Assembly (NCBI GenBank): GCA_951406725.2
Contig: OX597815.1
Location: forward strand, 131,502,001-131,566,000
Direction: 5' to 3'
DNA from: Octopus vulgaris
Taxonomy: Eukaryota
DNA length: 64,000 bases
Below, in pieces: positions 27,510 to 41,125 of this stretch. Both the position numbers and the translations under genes were made by a program. How positions within the stretch are numbered: position 1 is the first letter of the stretch; each line of letters opens with the position of its first letter. Below the pieces are notes generated by a model that was given only the letters and a program-made list of their open reading frames with translations, did no database searches and was not told where the DNA came from.

Positions 27510-28398
27510 ATATATATATATGCATATGCACACAAACTTGCTTTCTTTTTATGCTTTCGTTTTCTCATTGTGTTTCATTTTTTGTGGTCCTGTACCCATA
27601 AATGCATGTATATATACATATATATGTGTGTATGTACATATATGTATATATATGTATATATTTATATATTATTCATATTATTATAGGATCGAACGCTACG
27701 CATCCTTTTCCAAGTAAGTTTTATCTTAATAATTACGATGCGCACTCTTCTCCTATCTCTTCTATCTCCCTCTCTTGTTCTTCTTCCTTTCTGGTTTTCT
27801 CTCCCACCCTTTCCCTATTCTTCTCCTCTCCCCTTCACCACTCCCTCTCTCCCTCTCTCACTCTTCCTTCTTGACTCTCGCGTCGCTGACACGTGACGAA
27901 AGGCGATCTATTTTCTTTCTTTCACTTCCTTCGTAAAGACATGACTTGCTTTTACCTGTCTCTTCTCATTGCTCGTCTTTCCAGCGTTCATAATTTTTCA
28001 CATCGTCTTGACTTAACAGCCCCCACCGTTTGTTTTTACTGTCTTGTACTCACTGTTCTGTTTTTCTTACCACTTTCACCCTCCGCAAAAAATCTCTAAT
28101 TTTATTTAATTTGCTTTGAGGCAAGGACTGTTTTAACGACGTTGCGTATTGTCCTTAACTTCGGAACGCGGATTAGATGAAACAGGGACAACTGATGAAG
28201 GGGAATGTTTTCTATGCTGCATGTCTCGTTTCTCTGGGGTTTTTTTCCTTGTTCGAAAAAGTTCGTTTTCTAAGTTTTTGTGTTTATGCTTCCGTTTTCT
28301 CATCGGGTCTACGTTTTTTGATATCCTGTACACATATATCCATGTATATATACATATATATATGTAGGCATGTACATATATGTATGTATATATGCATA

Positions 28399-28400
<2 letters not shown>
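27510..28400. repeat. Tandem partial plus full copy of the 24690-25522 family
   Basis: atcgaacgctacgcatccttttccaagtaag (also at 38278) and ccctccgcaaaaaatct...ctgatgaaggggaat. Confidence 0.7.
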
Positions 28401-28461
<61 letters not shown>

Positions 28462-28899
28462 TAAAATGCACAGAAACATATATGTGTCTACATCTCCATA
28501 TACACATGCATCCACATCACTCGCACACATATATAACAAATCGCAAAAACTGTGTAAAATTTGCATACACACATATACGTATGCTCATATAAAGACACAA
28601 AATAAAGTGCATATATGTAAGCACGGCTACATTGCCATCCAATCAGAGAAATAATAATTATATTAAATAAAGTAAAATAAAAAATAGTAAGGGATTTAGG
28701 AGGATACAGATCAGAAACGAGTCCATAGTACTATCGTTACGTTACGTGATGTACTTACGTGAGCTGTGATTAGTACCTTATGTTTTTAAAGTAAATCCTA
28801 TATATGATTGGCAATATCGAAACAAGGGAGTGTAGTTGCGGTCTATCACCAACTGACGTACCTTAAAGGAAATGTAAACGAGGATTTGCAAAATTACGC

Positions 28900-29480
28900 A
28901 ACCGATTTAAATTACGTAAATACGCGTCTAAAACCGATGGAAGTAGGCTATCCCGATGCTTTAATATCTCATACAATTTGATGCAGCATAATCTATAGCT
29001 GTACCTATTATATTTCTTTATTGCCCACTAGGGGCTAAACATAGAGGGGACAAACAAGGACAGACAAAGGGATTAAGTCGATAACATCGATCCCAGTATG
29101 TAAATGGTACTAATTTAATCGACCCCAAAAGGATGAAAAGGAAAGTCGACCTCGAATTTGAACCCAGAACGTAGCGGCAGACGAAATACCGATAAGCATT
29201 TCGCCCTAGCCGTACCTATTATTAGAATATGGTGGGGCTCTCCTATCACTACACACTGCAATCTCAAATTGAAAATTACTTCAATTTAATTGCCACACTT
29301 TCGCAGCCAGAGATGTGGTAGTAATCTTATGATGGCATTTAAGCGAGGAGAGATGAACTGCCTATGTAGATAAACGTACTAGTGTTGTTTCTTGTACTAT
29401 ATTTATAGACGATGTTATTTGAGACAGGCTCCTTTAAGCGGACAGTTAGGTTCGGTTCCGAAAATTACATGTTTTTGGAG
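28900..29480 (-). pseudogene. Degenerate Penelope-like GIY-YIG endonuclease region interrupted by a SINE
   Basis: Minus strand with frameshifts: KTCNFRNR/NCPLKGACL/NNIVYKYSTRNNTSTFIYIGSS...TSLAAKVWQL..FEI..RAPPYSN[SINE]RYSYRLCCIKLYEIL. Confidence 0.75.
29012..29206 (-). mobile_element. SINE family A with a 16-bp target site duplication
   Basis: TSD tagctgtacctattat (28996-29011) / tagccgtacctattat (29207-29222). Confidence 0.9.
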
Positions 29481-29518
29481 ATTTACATTAACTATTCACG
29501 CGTCGTATTTATTGTTAT

Positions 29519-29581
<63 letters not shown>

Positions 29582-29584
<3 letters not shown>

Positions 29585-31997
29585 GTTTGAATTTTGCTTT
29601 ATGTCTGTACAAGGTGGCTCCAAGTCTCACCCAGAGACCTCAAGAGACAACAGGCTGGAAGTTCACGTTGCTGTTATGCCTAGTGTGCCATATATTTGGG
29701 GTTTTTTTTGGTGTTGTACTAGTGAATGTTTAATACATAAATTTTTTAAAAAAAGTTTGTTTTAAACCTTGGGATTACTAAAAAGTATTTTGCGTAGGAT
29801 ATGAGCAGTTCCCATGAGCACTATCTTTTGAATTTCTGCCATTTTGGGGTTTCCTGGTATCTGAGTTAGGTAGCAATCAGCCCCTTTCGCTATCATTCCC
29901 AGGGCACCTATGACAACAGGTATTGTTTTAGTCTTCAGCTTCCACATTTTGCTGATTTCTATTTCAAGATCTTTATATTTGCTCAGTTTTTGGTAGGTCT
30001 TGACAGATACGTTTATATCGATTGGGACAGTCATATCAATGAGGAGGCATGTTCTTTGTCTGAAGTCTTTCAATATGATGTCTGGCCTATTTGCATCTAT
30101 CTTTCTGTCAGTTTGAATGGTGAGGTTCCAGAGGAGTGAGATGTGGTCATTTTGAAGCACTGGAGGTGGATTGTGTTCCCACCAGTTTTTTTCATGGAGC
30201 AAATCCAGGTTTTTGAAAATTACCCAGTGAATAAATTGTGCAACTCTATCATGCCTGTTGAGGTACTCTGTAGGCGCTAGAAGACTGCATTTGGAGACAA
30301 CATGATCAATGGTTTCATTCTGTTGTCGGCATACACGACATGTTGGGCTACTGCCGTTCTTTAATATGTTGGCCTGGTAGTTTCTTGTTGGTAGGCATTG
30401 ATCTTGAGCTGCTATGATAAACCCTTCTGTTTCAGATTTTAAGCCAGAGGCCATTAGCCATTGATGGGTCAGGGCTTTGTCAATATCTGCATTATTCGCT
30501 CTCTTTGGGTATTTGCCATAGAGAGGTTTTTCTTGCCATTTATTATTCAGAATATCTAAGGCCGCAGTTTTGGCACGGGTTTTCATGCGCCTAGGTTTTT
30601 CTGTGCTTGTTTCTTGTATGTCTATCTCTAATTCCGAAATTTGTTGTATTCGGAATTCACTTAGATATTCCTTTGCCTGTTTTGTTACTGAGTATGATGC
30701 TTTCTTGTTTTCATGTTTTGAGACAAGTTTTAAGATCCAGTCCTCAGACTTTTTCAGGTAGGTGTCTGGGCCAATTGTAGCAATCTTCATTGTTATTGCC
30801 AGTTGCAAAAGACCACGGCCTCCCTCTTTTCTTGGCAGATAAAGTCGTTCTGTATCTGCCTTAGGGTGGTGCATTCTATGCATTGTCAACAGTTTTCGTA
30901 TTTTTCTGTCGAGCTGACATATTTCAGTAATTGACCAGTTAACGATATTGAAACTGTAAGTCACGACTGGTATGGCTAATGCATTGATTGCTTCGATCCT
31001 GTTTCTTGCATTCAGCTCTGTCTTGAGTATTGCTCTCACTCTTCGATAGCATTCTCTCCTGATCCTTTCCTTCGTCTCTGAATGCCTTATTCTGTTCCCT
31101 TCAATTACCCTTAGGTACTTGTAGCTCTCCGCTGGGTCTAGTTCTTTTATGACATTCTGCTGGTCAAGGTTAACGTTAGATGTTTCTGTCATTTTTTCCT
31201 TGATAAAGGTAGCTTTTGCTCATTTATCGAGGCCGAATTGCATTCTGATGTCGTCACTGAATTGTTTGACTATCGCTAGTAAGCCCTTGAGTTGTTGGTC
31301 ATTTTTTGCAAAAAGCTTTAAATCATCCATGTAAATGAGATGATTTATATTTTTATCAAACATTTTATACCCATACTGCGCATCATTGAGCAGTTTTGAG
31401 AGAGGTATTAAGGCTAAACAAAAGAGGAGTGGTGACAGTGAGTCACCCTGGAAAATGCCACACGAAATTTTTACATCACCAGCATTTAGGGATTCATTGT
31501 CACTGTTTAGAGTTAGTGTGGTTCTCCATGATCTCATACTTACAGTCAAAAAGTTTCGCAGAGTAGGTGCTATCTTATACATTTCCAGGCATTTCCCAAT
31601 CCAGCTATGTGGTAGGCTATCTAAAGCCTTTTTATAGTATATCCAGGCTATTGATAAGTTTTTGTGTCGTCTGTGACAATCTTCTAAGATCATCTTATTG
31701 ATGAGTAGTTGATCTTTACAGCCGTAGGATCCACGTTTACATCCTTTCTGTTCATTAGGGAATATGCTGCTGTCTGTTAAAAAACTATAAGTATATTCCG
31801 TCAGGACAGATGTTAGCGTTTTGTACATAGTTGTTAAGCAGGTTATGGGTCTATAGTTTTTTGGTTCATTTGTTTCTTCAATTTTTGGAAGCAGGAATGT
31901 TAACCCATTAACTAGCCAAGGAGGCATCCTACTAGGGTGTTGCAAAACATCATTGTACAGTTCTGTTAGCAGTTCATGGCTCTCTGGGAAGGCATTC
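29582..31997 (-). mobile_element. 5'-truncated R4/Dong-clade non-LTR retrotransposon (RT, CCHC, RLE), copy A, in (TAA)n
   Basis: ORFs 31220-32104 and 29762-31192 (one frameshift): NYRPITCL, GIFQGDSLSPLLF, YMDDLK, CRVC..ETIDHVVSKC, RHD, RPDI..IDMTVP, K..KY.DL; (TTA)n on both sides. Confidence 0.95.
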
Positions 31998-32004
31998 ATT
32001 ATTA

Positions 32005-32065
<61 letters not shown>

Positions 32066-32066
<1 letters not shown>

Positions 32067-34801
32067 TTTTTTTTTTTTTTTTCTTCTTTCAAATTTGCTT
32101 CCATTTCTTGCCGAGTGTCTCCCCGACTCCTAGGGCAAAGAAACTCATAGTATACATTGGTAGGCCATTAAACCAAACTCAATAGTTCGTTCGTTCATTT
32201 TTTTTTTTTTTTTTAAGTTAAATTAAAATACATGAGCAGCAACAGTTCTCACATCGACAATGCTCTTCTCAATACGTGTGATGTACCAGTTAAGACAATA
32301 TTTTGCACTTCTTGCAGGGATGGTAAGCCAGGGATCATTCTCATATAATTTTCGGTTCCCTTCTTGATCATTCCTAGTGCTCCTACTATCACTGGTATTG
32401 TAACCGCCTTGAGATGCCACATTTTCTCAATTTCAATGAGTAGGTCTTTATATTTTCTGAGCTTGTCAAACTCTTTCGCTGAGATATTATGATCACAGGG
32501 GATGCTCATGTCGATCAATAACCAAACTTTATTGTTTTGGTCTTTCACAACAATATCTGGTTTATTGGCCTTGATGGTTCGGTCTGTATGTACTGGAAAG
32601 TCCCACAGAATGGTTACATTTTCTCCTTAGTTACAGCCTCAGGGTGGTGATTATACCACTTGTCGGCGGTTTTGATATTGTAATGCCGACTTATTAGCCA
32701 GTGTAGATATTGGCCAACTCTGTCATGTCTTAATTTATACTCCACTGGAGCTAAGACTTTACATCCAGAGATTAGGTGGTCCACTGTTTCAATCATGTCG
32801 TTGCAGAATCGGCATTTTGGGTCTGCTCCGTTTTTCATCACATTGGCCTGGTAGTTCCGGGTTAATAGGCTTTGATCTTGAGCAGCCAGGATGAAACCTT
32901 CGCTCTCTGCTTTTAGCCCTGAGCTCCGTAGCCACTGATGGGTTTGCTTCTGGTCAACATCAGCTTGTTTGCTGCGGGTCACATATTTGCCGTGCAGAGG
33001 TTTCTCCTCCCACCTATCAGCCAATTGCTCGTGCGCTTTTTTCGTTGCCATTATTTTCACCTTCTTTGCAACAATAATTGCCGTACTTCCTTCGGGTTGT
33101 TCTGTTTGGGTATCCTGCACGAGATCAATAGCAAATTTTTTGCTTTCCTTTATAATAGAATGAAGCTTCTTTCGTCTCTCGTGATTTTCCACGAGCTTTA
33201 GCATCCAGTCATTCGATATTTTGAGATATTTGGCCAGTCCAATTGTGGCTGTTTTGTAAGCTAGTTCAAATCGGATCAGGCCTCGACCTCCTTGGGCTCT
33301 GGGAAGGTAAAGGCGATCTACGTCTGCTTTTGGGTGGTGCATCCTATTACAACTCAGCAGCTTGCGTATTTTCCTATCTATATTCTTTACTTCACTCATA
33401 TTCCAGTTCAACACATTGTAGCTATAAGTAACAACTGGAACTGCTAAGGAATTTATAGCTAACACCTTGTTACGTGCATTTAGTTCAGATTTCAGGACTG
33501 CACGAACTCTCCTATAACATTCCTTCCTGATCTTCTCTTTCATGCTTGCATGCTGAATACCAGAGCCTTCATTTATCCCTAAATATTTGTATGTTTGTTC
33601 TTGCTCAAGCTCTCTTATGACTGTGTCAACATCTAACACGACTGAATTTGTGGTCTTCACTTTCCCTTTCTGGAAAGTGGCCTTGGCACACTTCTCAAGT
33701 CCAAACTCCATCCCGATGTCATCGCTGAATGCTTTCACAGTGCACAATGGGCCTTCAAGTTCATTATTGTCTTTACCATAAAGTTTTAAGTCATCCATAT
33801 AAAATAGATGGCTTATTTTTTTATTGGCAATTTTATACCCATACCCTGTTCTGTTTAATTCACTTGTAAGGGGTATTAGGGCTATGCAGAATATTAAAGG
33901 TGAAAGTGAGTCACCTTGAAAAATTCCACAGTTGATGTTTATATTTTCTGAGGCAAGTACCCCATTAGAGTGGTATAATTGGAGATTCGTATTCCACAAC
34001 GACATATTGTGCTTCAGGAAGTTTGAAATCACAGGGGAAATTTTGAAGATGTCCAGCGATCTCAAGATCCATGGATGCGGTATGCTGTCGAAGGCCTTTT
34101 TATAGTCAATCCATGTGGTGCTGAGATTTCTGCGCTTGTTGTGACAGTTCTCAAGGATCATACGATTGATTAGCAGTTGATCTTTGCATCCGTAAGAACC
34201 TCGGCGGCACCCATATGTTTTCTCCGCCAGGATAGATGTTAGGATTTTATACGTGGTGGATAGACAGGTTATAGGCCGATAGTTTTTTGGAAGGTTGGTT
34301 TCGTTATTCTTTGGGAGTAGGTAAGTAATGCCACTTGCTATCCATTCAGGTGTTTTCTTTGGGTCTCTCATAATTCCATTGAGTAGCTGAACTAGCTTAC
34401 CGTGTGCGCATGGGAGCGATGCGAGCCAGAAATTCGGCACCCTATCTTTACCGGGGGATTTCCAATTATGGGCCTTCGTGAGTGCCTTTCTTAGGTCTGT
34501 TATTGTGATGTCTTCCCATGCTTGTTGTTGTAAATTTTGGTAGGATGCTTCAGTTTGTATAATCCAGTCTGCATTTATGTTGTACGTCTTCTTGTCACTC
34601 CAAATACTTTTCCAAAAGTTTTGAACTTCTTCCATGGGAGGGGGTCTTTAACGGTTACTTTCTCCTTCCCTATTTCTCTGTAGAATTTTTGGCATTGGAT
34701 GTGAACAGCTTATTTTGCTTGTAAAACTTGTTTCTCTCCTCAAATCTTCGTATTCTTTGGGCTTTTGCTTGGACTTTTTGTTTCAGCGTTTCTTTTATTG
34801 A

Positions 34802-34803
<2 letters not shown>
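32066..34803 (-). mobile_element. 5'-truncated R4/Dong-clade element, copy B (different subfamily), directly upstream of copy A
   Basis: ORFs 32614-34635 and 32249-32548 carry the same RT/CCHC/RLE motifs, with frameshifts, a 14-codon deletion relative to copy A and a different 3'UTR; (TTA)n at 34800-35045. Confidence 0.95.
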
Positions 34804-34859
<56 letters not shown>

Positions 34860-34936
34860 GTTATTATTATTATCATTATTATTATTATTATTATTGTTTC
34901 TTTTATTGATATTATTATTATTGTTTCTTTTATTGA

Positions 34937-34991
<55 letters not shown>

Positions 34992-35044
34992 GTTATTGTT
35001 ATTATTATTATCATTATTATTATTATTATTATTGTTATTAATAT

Positions 35045-35900
35045 TGTTGTTGTCTTTGTTGTTGTTATTATTACTCTTACCATTATCGTCATTATTGTTA
35101 TACCTGTTATCATTAACAATGTCATCCTTAATATAATTACTCTTACTACAGCTTGGAGGCAAATTAGTAGAAGCAGTTGTGTGACTCAAGGGATCAATCC
35201 TAGTGTTATGATTTAACAATAAAAATTGATGCACATTAATTTCATTCACATTATAATTACTATTAATATCAGTTAGGTTACTATCAAAAACATTTTTATC
35301 TTTATCATTATCTGTAAAAATTCCATTTATGTCAGTTTTATAAGCTGCAATTGAGATGTGACTGTTATTCAGCCCCACCGCAGGTCATGTCTCACGGTCA
35401 AGCTTGTGGCGGCTGTCAACCAAATCGGCTTTATTCGAACGGCAGCCGTTGCTAGTAGGTGCATTCAAGCGTGAGCCAAAGAAGTTCCTACTGATTTGAG
35501 GCGGGAACGGTTTCGGCTTATTAATATTATCATTAACATCAGTAATACTGCTGCCCCTATAGTATTTATTTACGATAAAATGTAGGAGAGTGGTAGGTAC
35601 GCGAGTAGCTTGGTTCATATTCATATTTTTAGTACACACATACATACCCACATAGCGAAAAACCTCAATAAAGGTCAGCATAATATACCAGACAAGGACT
35701 TGGGAAGAAGGGAGATTACGTACCATATTGGAAGTAAGCTGCCCAACGGATGTCAGCATAAAGCTAAAGGTGAGTGAAAAAACCTTACGCTGAACTATTG
35801 AGAAATTTGAAGTTACTCCACCCAGATTACAAGCGATTGCAAGTTTACACCTCCAATTATGTGGGCACCAGTCTGCAAACATTAGGCTGCTCAAAACCAG
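35045..35900 (-). pseudogene. Degenerate Asn-rich reading frame, possibly the upstream part of the PLE whose endonuclease lies at 28900-29480
   Basis: ORFs 35385-35894 and 34740-35378 are in one frame separated by a single TGA; CTKNM resembles the PLE SC..NM linker motif. Confidence 0.35.
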
Positions 35901-36304
35901 GAAGGAGAAAGCTAGTTTGAAGATTACAGATTCAAGCCATTAAGGGAACTGTAAAACTTTGTAAAACTCATTGTAAGTTTAGCGTTTAAGTATATATGCC
36001 CGTGTCCAGATATGCAACTATATGCATGAAAATGCATACATAAAACAAAGCATACGAATTTGCACTTGCACCGACTACAAATTCTGTAAAAATGTACACA
36101 TATACAAGTACCCTGTTGTTGCTATTGAAATTCCAAAGGAGCCTTGCATCTAGGTTATAAACCAAGCCTCTCTGTATTGGCAAGAAATCTGGAAATTAAA
36201 CTGAATAACATACATACATGCATGTCTTTCAAAATGTGACCTCGTGTGCACTGTTGGCGATTTTTTCCTCTGTCTTCCCTTCTCTGGATCTTTCCTTCTC
36301 CTAT

Positions 36305-36339
36305 GTTTCCGACGAAGAGCTCCGCTCGAAACGTTGAAC
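36305..36339 (+). ncRNA. Minimal hammerhead-like motif (core CCGACGA)
   Basis: gttt-CCGACGA-a-gagc-tcc-gctc-GAAAC-GTT-gaac; same architecture as 3893-3928. Confidence 0.55.
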
Positions 36340-36437
36340 CCTCCTTCTTTCCTTTTTTCCTGAGCGTCCAATAATACTATATTTGTTCCACGTCCTCGCG
36401 TTGTTGTGTTTTTTGGTGCTTTCTTGTTTGGATTAAC

Positions 36438-36469
<32 letters not shown>

Positions 36470-36647
36470 CATACATACATACATACATACATACATACAT
36501 ACATACATACATACGTACGTACGTACGTACGTACATGTATATATAAAAAATAGTAGTCAATCAAATTTGGATCCAGTCCGATTTCCATATTCTGTTGGAA
36601 TGCTCGTTATAGTAGTCACTTGTTTTGACTAATGTATGCACACCTGC

Positions 36648-36691
<44 letters not shown>

Positions 36692-36698
36692 ATGTATG

Positions 36699-36793
<95 letters not shown>

Positions 36794-37744
36794 GAAATTT
36801 AAATAAAAACAGACACCATTTGACTATACTTAAGAACAAACTGTAACATTTTATTGGATAGCAAATTTGTGGAGCGAGAATATATCTGAAAAGTACAGAA
36901 ACCTCCAGTGGATACATTTTTAAAGAACAAACAACATTTTGTGCACTCCCTCTTGTCATTTATCTTTATAAGTTAATCAAAAATAAACTAAGCAATCAAT
37001 TAGGAATGTACTAAAATATTCAGCAGAGCGAAATGTTCTTCATTAATGAGGACGCTTCATTAAAATTTATTTTGAACGTTTAAAACTATATGTACGCTAA
37101 AATGTTTTATAAAATGGCACAGAATTACTTTTTTTCTTTTTTCAAATAATTGCCAGAAGGAAGCAATAGTTTATAAGCTTAGTTATCACCAGAGGAATGA
37201 AACGAAAAAGCAACGTGAATAGTATTGAGTGGCTGTCAAAATAAATTTTAGTGTGGCTTTATAATATACTGAAAACTACATTACGAAAGGTTGTTCAAGT
37301 TTAATGAAATATATAGATAAATGTATAGATTTCTTTTTAAATTAATTAATCAACAATGTCAAGAAGTCTAAGATGGAACAAGAAATAAATAGGAATTAAG
37401 AAAAATTGTCTATTCTACCTATTATCTTAACGGTCTACAAATTAAAGAAAATAATTTTTTTTATGATGGAACATAATGAGGTGTATCGCCATCTTTAGAT
37501 ATAATTATAGCGAGGAAAACGTTTTAGTATTTGAAATTTAAATGCACTTAGATGTTCTTGATTAAAAAAAAGAGCTACAACGACAGATTTTGCTAGGTGG
37601 TAACATTAAGGAATGGAATAAGATGTAATTTTAACGAATTCAGATTTCGAAGGAGTGCTTTAGATATATTTTTGTTTCAAACATAGATTTTCCCGTGTTC
37701 ACATAGACACTTATTGAGATAAGGTAAACAAGTTATGTTCTTAT

Positions 37745-37855
37745 GATTCCCGGTTCAGTGTCACTACGTGAGGTATTAGACAATTGTTCTCTATTATGGC
37801 CTCGTATTGACCAAAGCCTTGTGAGTAGATTTGGTAGACGGACTCTAAAAGAAGC

Positions 37856-37860
<5 letters not shown>
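37745..37860 (+). mobile_element. SINE family B head fragment
   Basis: ccggttcagtgtcactacgtg...gaccaaagccttgtgagtagatttggtagacgg. Confidence 0.75.
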
Positions 37861-37895
<35 letters not shown>

Positions 37896-37899
37896 CACA

Positions 37900-38306
37900 T
37901 ACATTGTTCACACTGTCCTGTTCTTGTTACCACTGTCAGCCTCCGCAAAAAAACCCAAATTCTATTTAATTTGCTTTGCGCGAAGGACTGTTTCAACGAA
38001 GTCGCGTATTGTCCTTACCCTCGTTACGCGGGGTGGATGGAACAGGGACAACTAATGAAGGGGAATATTCTTTATGTTACTTGTCTCGATTCTTTGTTTT
38101 TGTTTTTTTGCTTATTCGAAAAAAAGTTCGTTTTCTATGTTTTTGTTTTCTCGTGTTCAACGAATTGTTTGAAGTCCTGTAGCCATAAGTGCCTGTATAT
38201 ATACATATGTATGTAGGTGTGTACATATATGTACGTATAAATGCATATATTTATATATTATTTATATTATTACATGATCGAACGCTACGCATCCTTTTCC
38301 AAGTAA

Positions 38307-38310
<4 letters not shown>
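37900..38310. repeat. Copy of the 24690/28100 repeat family
   Basis: cctccgcaaaaaaa...ggaacagggacaactaatgaaggggaat...gaacgctacgcatccttttccaagtaag. Confidence 0.75.
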
Positions 38311-38347
<37 letters not shown>

Positions 38348-38388
38348 TACATACACACACACACATATATATATAGATACATATATAC

Positions 38389-38419
<31 letters not shown>

Positions 38420-39399
38420 CATACATATACATATATATATATATACATATATATACATATACATATATATACATATACAAATATATATACATATATATAC
38501 ATATACTTAATGTATTTTCCAGAGATGGTTTTAGACTCTTAAAATTTTTCAAATAATGTGTAATAGGGTCCCTGGGGGCAAAATTTCCTTCTCCTGGCGT
38601 ATTTACGTATGTAGGCATGGTCCACACATTGCTTCTGTTCAAACTGAAAAGTACATACTGAAATGACATAGGTAGTTTGGATTAAATAGATGAACCGATG
38701 TAGACTTCAAACTGCATTGACTAAAGGGTAGCAACAATAGCCTGTTCCTGTTGTACCATAGGTAGCAATTTGTTGGAATAAATCCATTTGGAACCCACTA
38801 TGCTTATTATGAAAAATATGCTAAAATATGTAATATCCTACTTTCTTTTAGCTTCAGTATCTACTTTCTTTTAGTTTCAGTACCAAAGTTTTCCTTCGTC
38901 TATAAGCATAGACGAAATCCATACCATTATTCTTCAGTTTACAAACCGAAATATAGCATGTGCATTCACCTACTAATTTATCGTGTCTAAAACCCAACCA
39001 CGTTAGTTAGAGACCGTGTCCTTAATGTGACCTTGCGTGCCCGGACGCTGCAGGCAAAATTGTTTTCGATTGGGATGTGAGTTATTCACAATGGACGCAC
39101 GCTGTTTACGCGAAGGAGTGCACGGTTAAGCCACGACTATTGATTCCAAACTGTAATATCGCATGTTAGTGCTGTTTTCAATTGCTTCCTTGCCAATCTC
39201 CCCCTTACCATGTCATTTCTTCCAAAGGTTCGATTTATCACACAGCTTTATCACATAGTCCCTATGTCTGCTGATTGTTCAGCGTGGTATCAGCAGAACC
39301 GGCAGCCGCAAAAGCTTTTTGGTGCTTTCAAAAATCACATAACGCACCCGACCCTGACACTTTTCCATAACAAGGTTAGGGACTCGAATCTTCTAAACA

Positions 39400-40465
39400 A
39401 GATTGAGGAAACTAACGAAGTCGAGGCTAAATGACACGAACCTAGTGAAGGCTGTAAATACTTGGGCGGTATCGTTACTTAGATACTCAGCAACTTTTGT
39501 AGAATGGACAAAATTTGAATTAGCAAATCTAGACAGAAGAACTAGGAAGGAATTCAATATGAATGGAAGACTTCATCCGAGAGTAAGAGTACCAAGATTG
39601 TATTTATCTAGAAAGGAAGGTGGCAGAAATTTAACTACTGTGTGAAGTTAGCAAGAGTAGATACCGGTTCCTATGCAGGTAGTAGGGAAGAAATTTTATT
39701 AAGAGCTGCTAATGCAGCAGTGGGAGATCAAGAGACCAAATGTAGCTAAAAATCACACAAAAAAGAAGCAAGATTATCTGATGAGCATGAGAAGTCTCTG
39801 CATGGTAGATATTTCACGATAGTAATGGCGAGACATGGTTGTGGTTGCAGAAAGGAAGAGTGAAAAAGGAGAAGGAAAGTTTGTTAGTAGTAGTACAAGA
39901 TCAGGCATCGGGGACTAACTAGATAAAATGCAAAGATTTCCAATGTAGTTTACGTAAATCAATGGAAGAAGGAGCTACTCATATAGTTAGTGAATGTATT
40001 AAGCTGGCACAGAAAGAATACAAGATAAGACATGAAAACTTAGGCAGAATAATCCAGTGGATTTAACCATACTAATAAGTGGTATAATCATGAATCTAAT
40101 AAAGTGCTAGTAGGTATGAAATATAAGATGAGTGATTTTAAAATCTAGTCTGACGGAGAAAATTGACTTTACAGTCTAAAATGATGTGCAAGTCAATATG
40201 AGAGACATACAAAAAATGGAAATGTACCAGGCCCTAGCCACTGAGTTACAAAAGCTATGGACAATGCAGGCAAAATGTATCCCTGTAGGCATAGGTGCAT
40301 TAGAAACTATCCCTAAATATTTGAACAGATGGAAAGAAGAAATAGGCATGAAACCTAATTTAGTGTAGCCCCAGAAAACATTCTCTTTATTATTGTTAGG
40401 GACAGCTAGGATACTTAGGAAGGTACTTGGCATCAAAGGTTACCTATTGTACTCGATGTTAGGAA
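39400..40465 (+). mobile_element. Old, degenerate R4/Dong-like LINE 3' portion
   Basis: RLNDTNLVKAVNTWAVSLLRYS..LDRRTRK..LHPR..RLYLSRKEGGR and IPVGIGALETIPK; many stops; (TAA)n at 40484-40655. Confidence 0.88.
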
Positions 40466-40493
40466 TATGTTGTGCCTAAATGAAATAATAATG

Positions 40494-40542
<49 letters not shown>

Positions 40543-40550
40543 TGATGTTG

Positions 40551-40584
<34 letters not shown>

Positions 40585-40586
40585 TG

Positions 40587-40655
<69 letters not shown>

Positions 40656-40656
<1 letters not shown>

Positions 40657-41090
40657 GATAGAGAAATTAAAGCCAACAGACCAGATATAGTTGTCAGAGA
40701 CCACGAAGAAAAAAAAATGCTTTCTAATTGATGTATCAATACCGGCTGATGACAACGTGTCTCTAAAAGAAATGGAGAAACTCTCAAAATACAAAGACCT
40801 GGAAATAGAGGTAACTAGAATGTGGAATCTGAAAACAGAAACAATTTCTATCATAGTAGGTGCATTAGGCATGATAAAAAAATATTCAGACAAATACATA
40901 ACAAAAACACCAGGACTTACAAACACATATAACATACAGAAAATTGCACTACTAGGCACTGCACACATCCTACGCAGAACACCTTCCATACAATAACCAT
41001 CAGAGCATCACAACAAATCACAGCACATACCCAAGGCACACAGAGCTGCGCTCGGTAGTGAAGTGAAAGCACGCTATAAAAATAAAACTA

Positions 41091-41094
<4 letters not shown>
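40656..41094 (+). mobile_element. Short 3' fragment of a younger R4/Dong-like element, flanked by (TAA)n
   Basis: DREIKANRPDIVVRDHEEKKCFLIDVSIP..KLSKYKDLEIEVTRMW..IIVGALG..ALLGTAHILRR. Confidence 0.92.

Positions 41095-41125
<31 letters not shown>

Noticed and set aside
35379-35387. Programmed read-through or selenocysteine at an in-frame TGA
   Set aside because: No SECIS-like structure seen; decay of a repeat-derived frame is simpler
38520-38830. Host exon on the minus strand
   Set aside because: No recognisable protein, and the ORF continues into microsatellite
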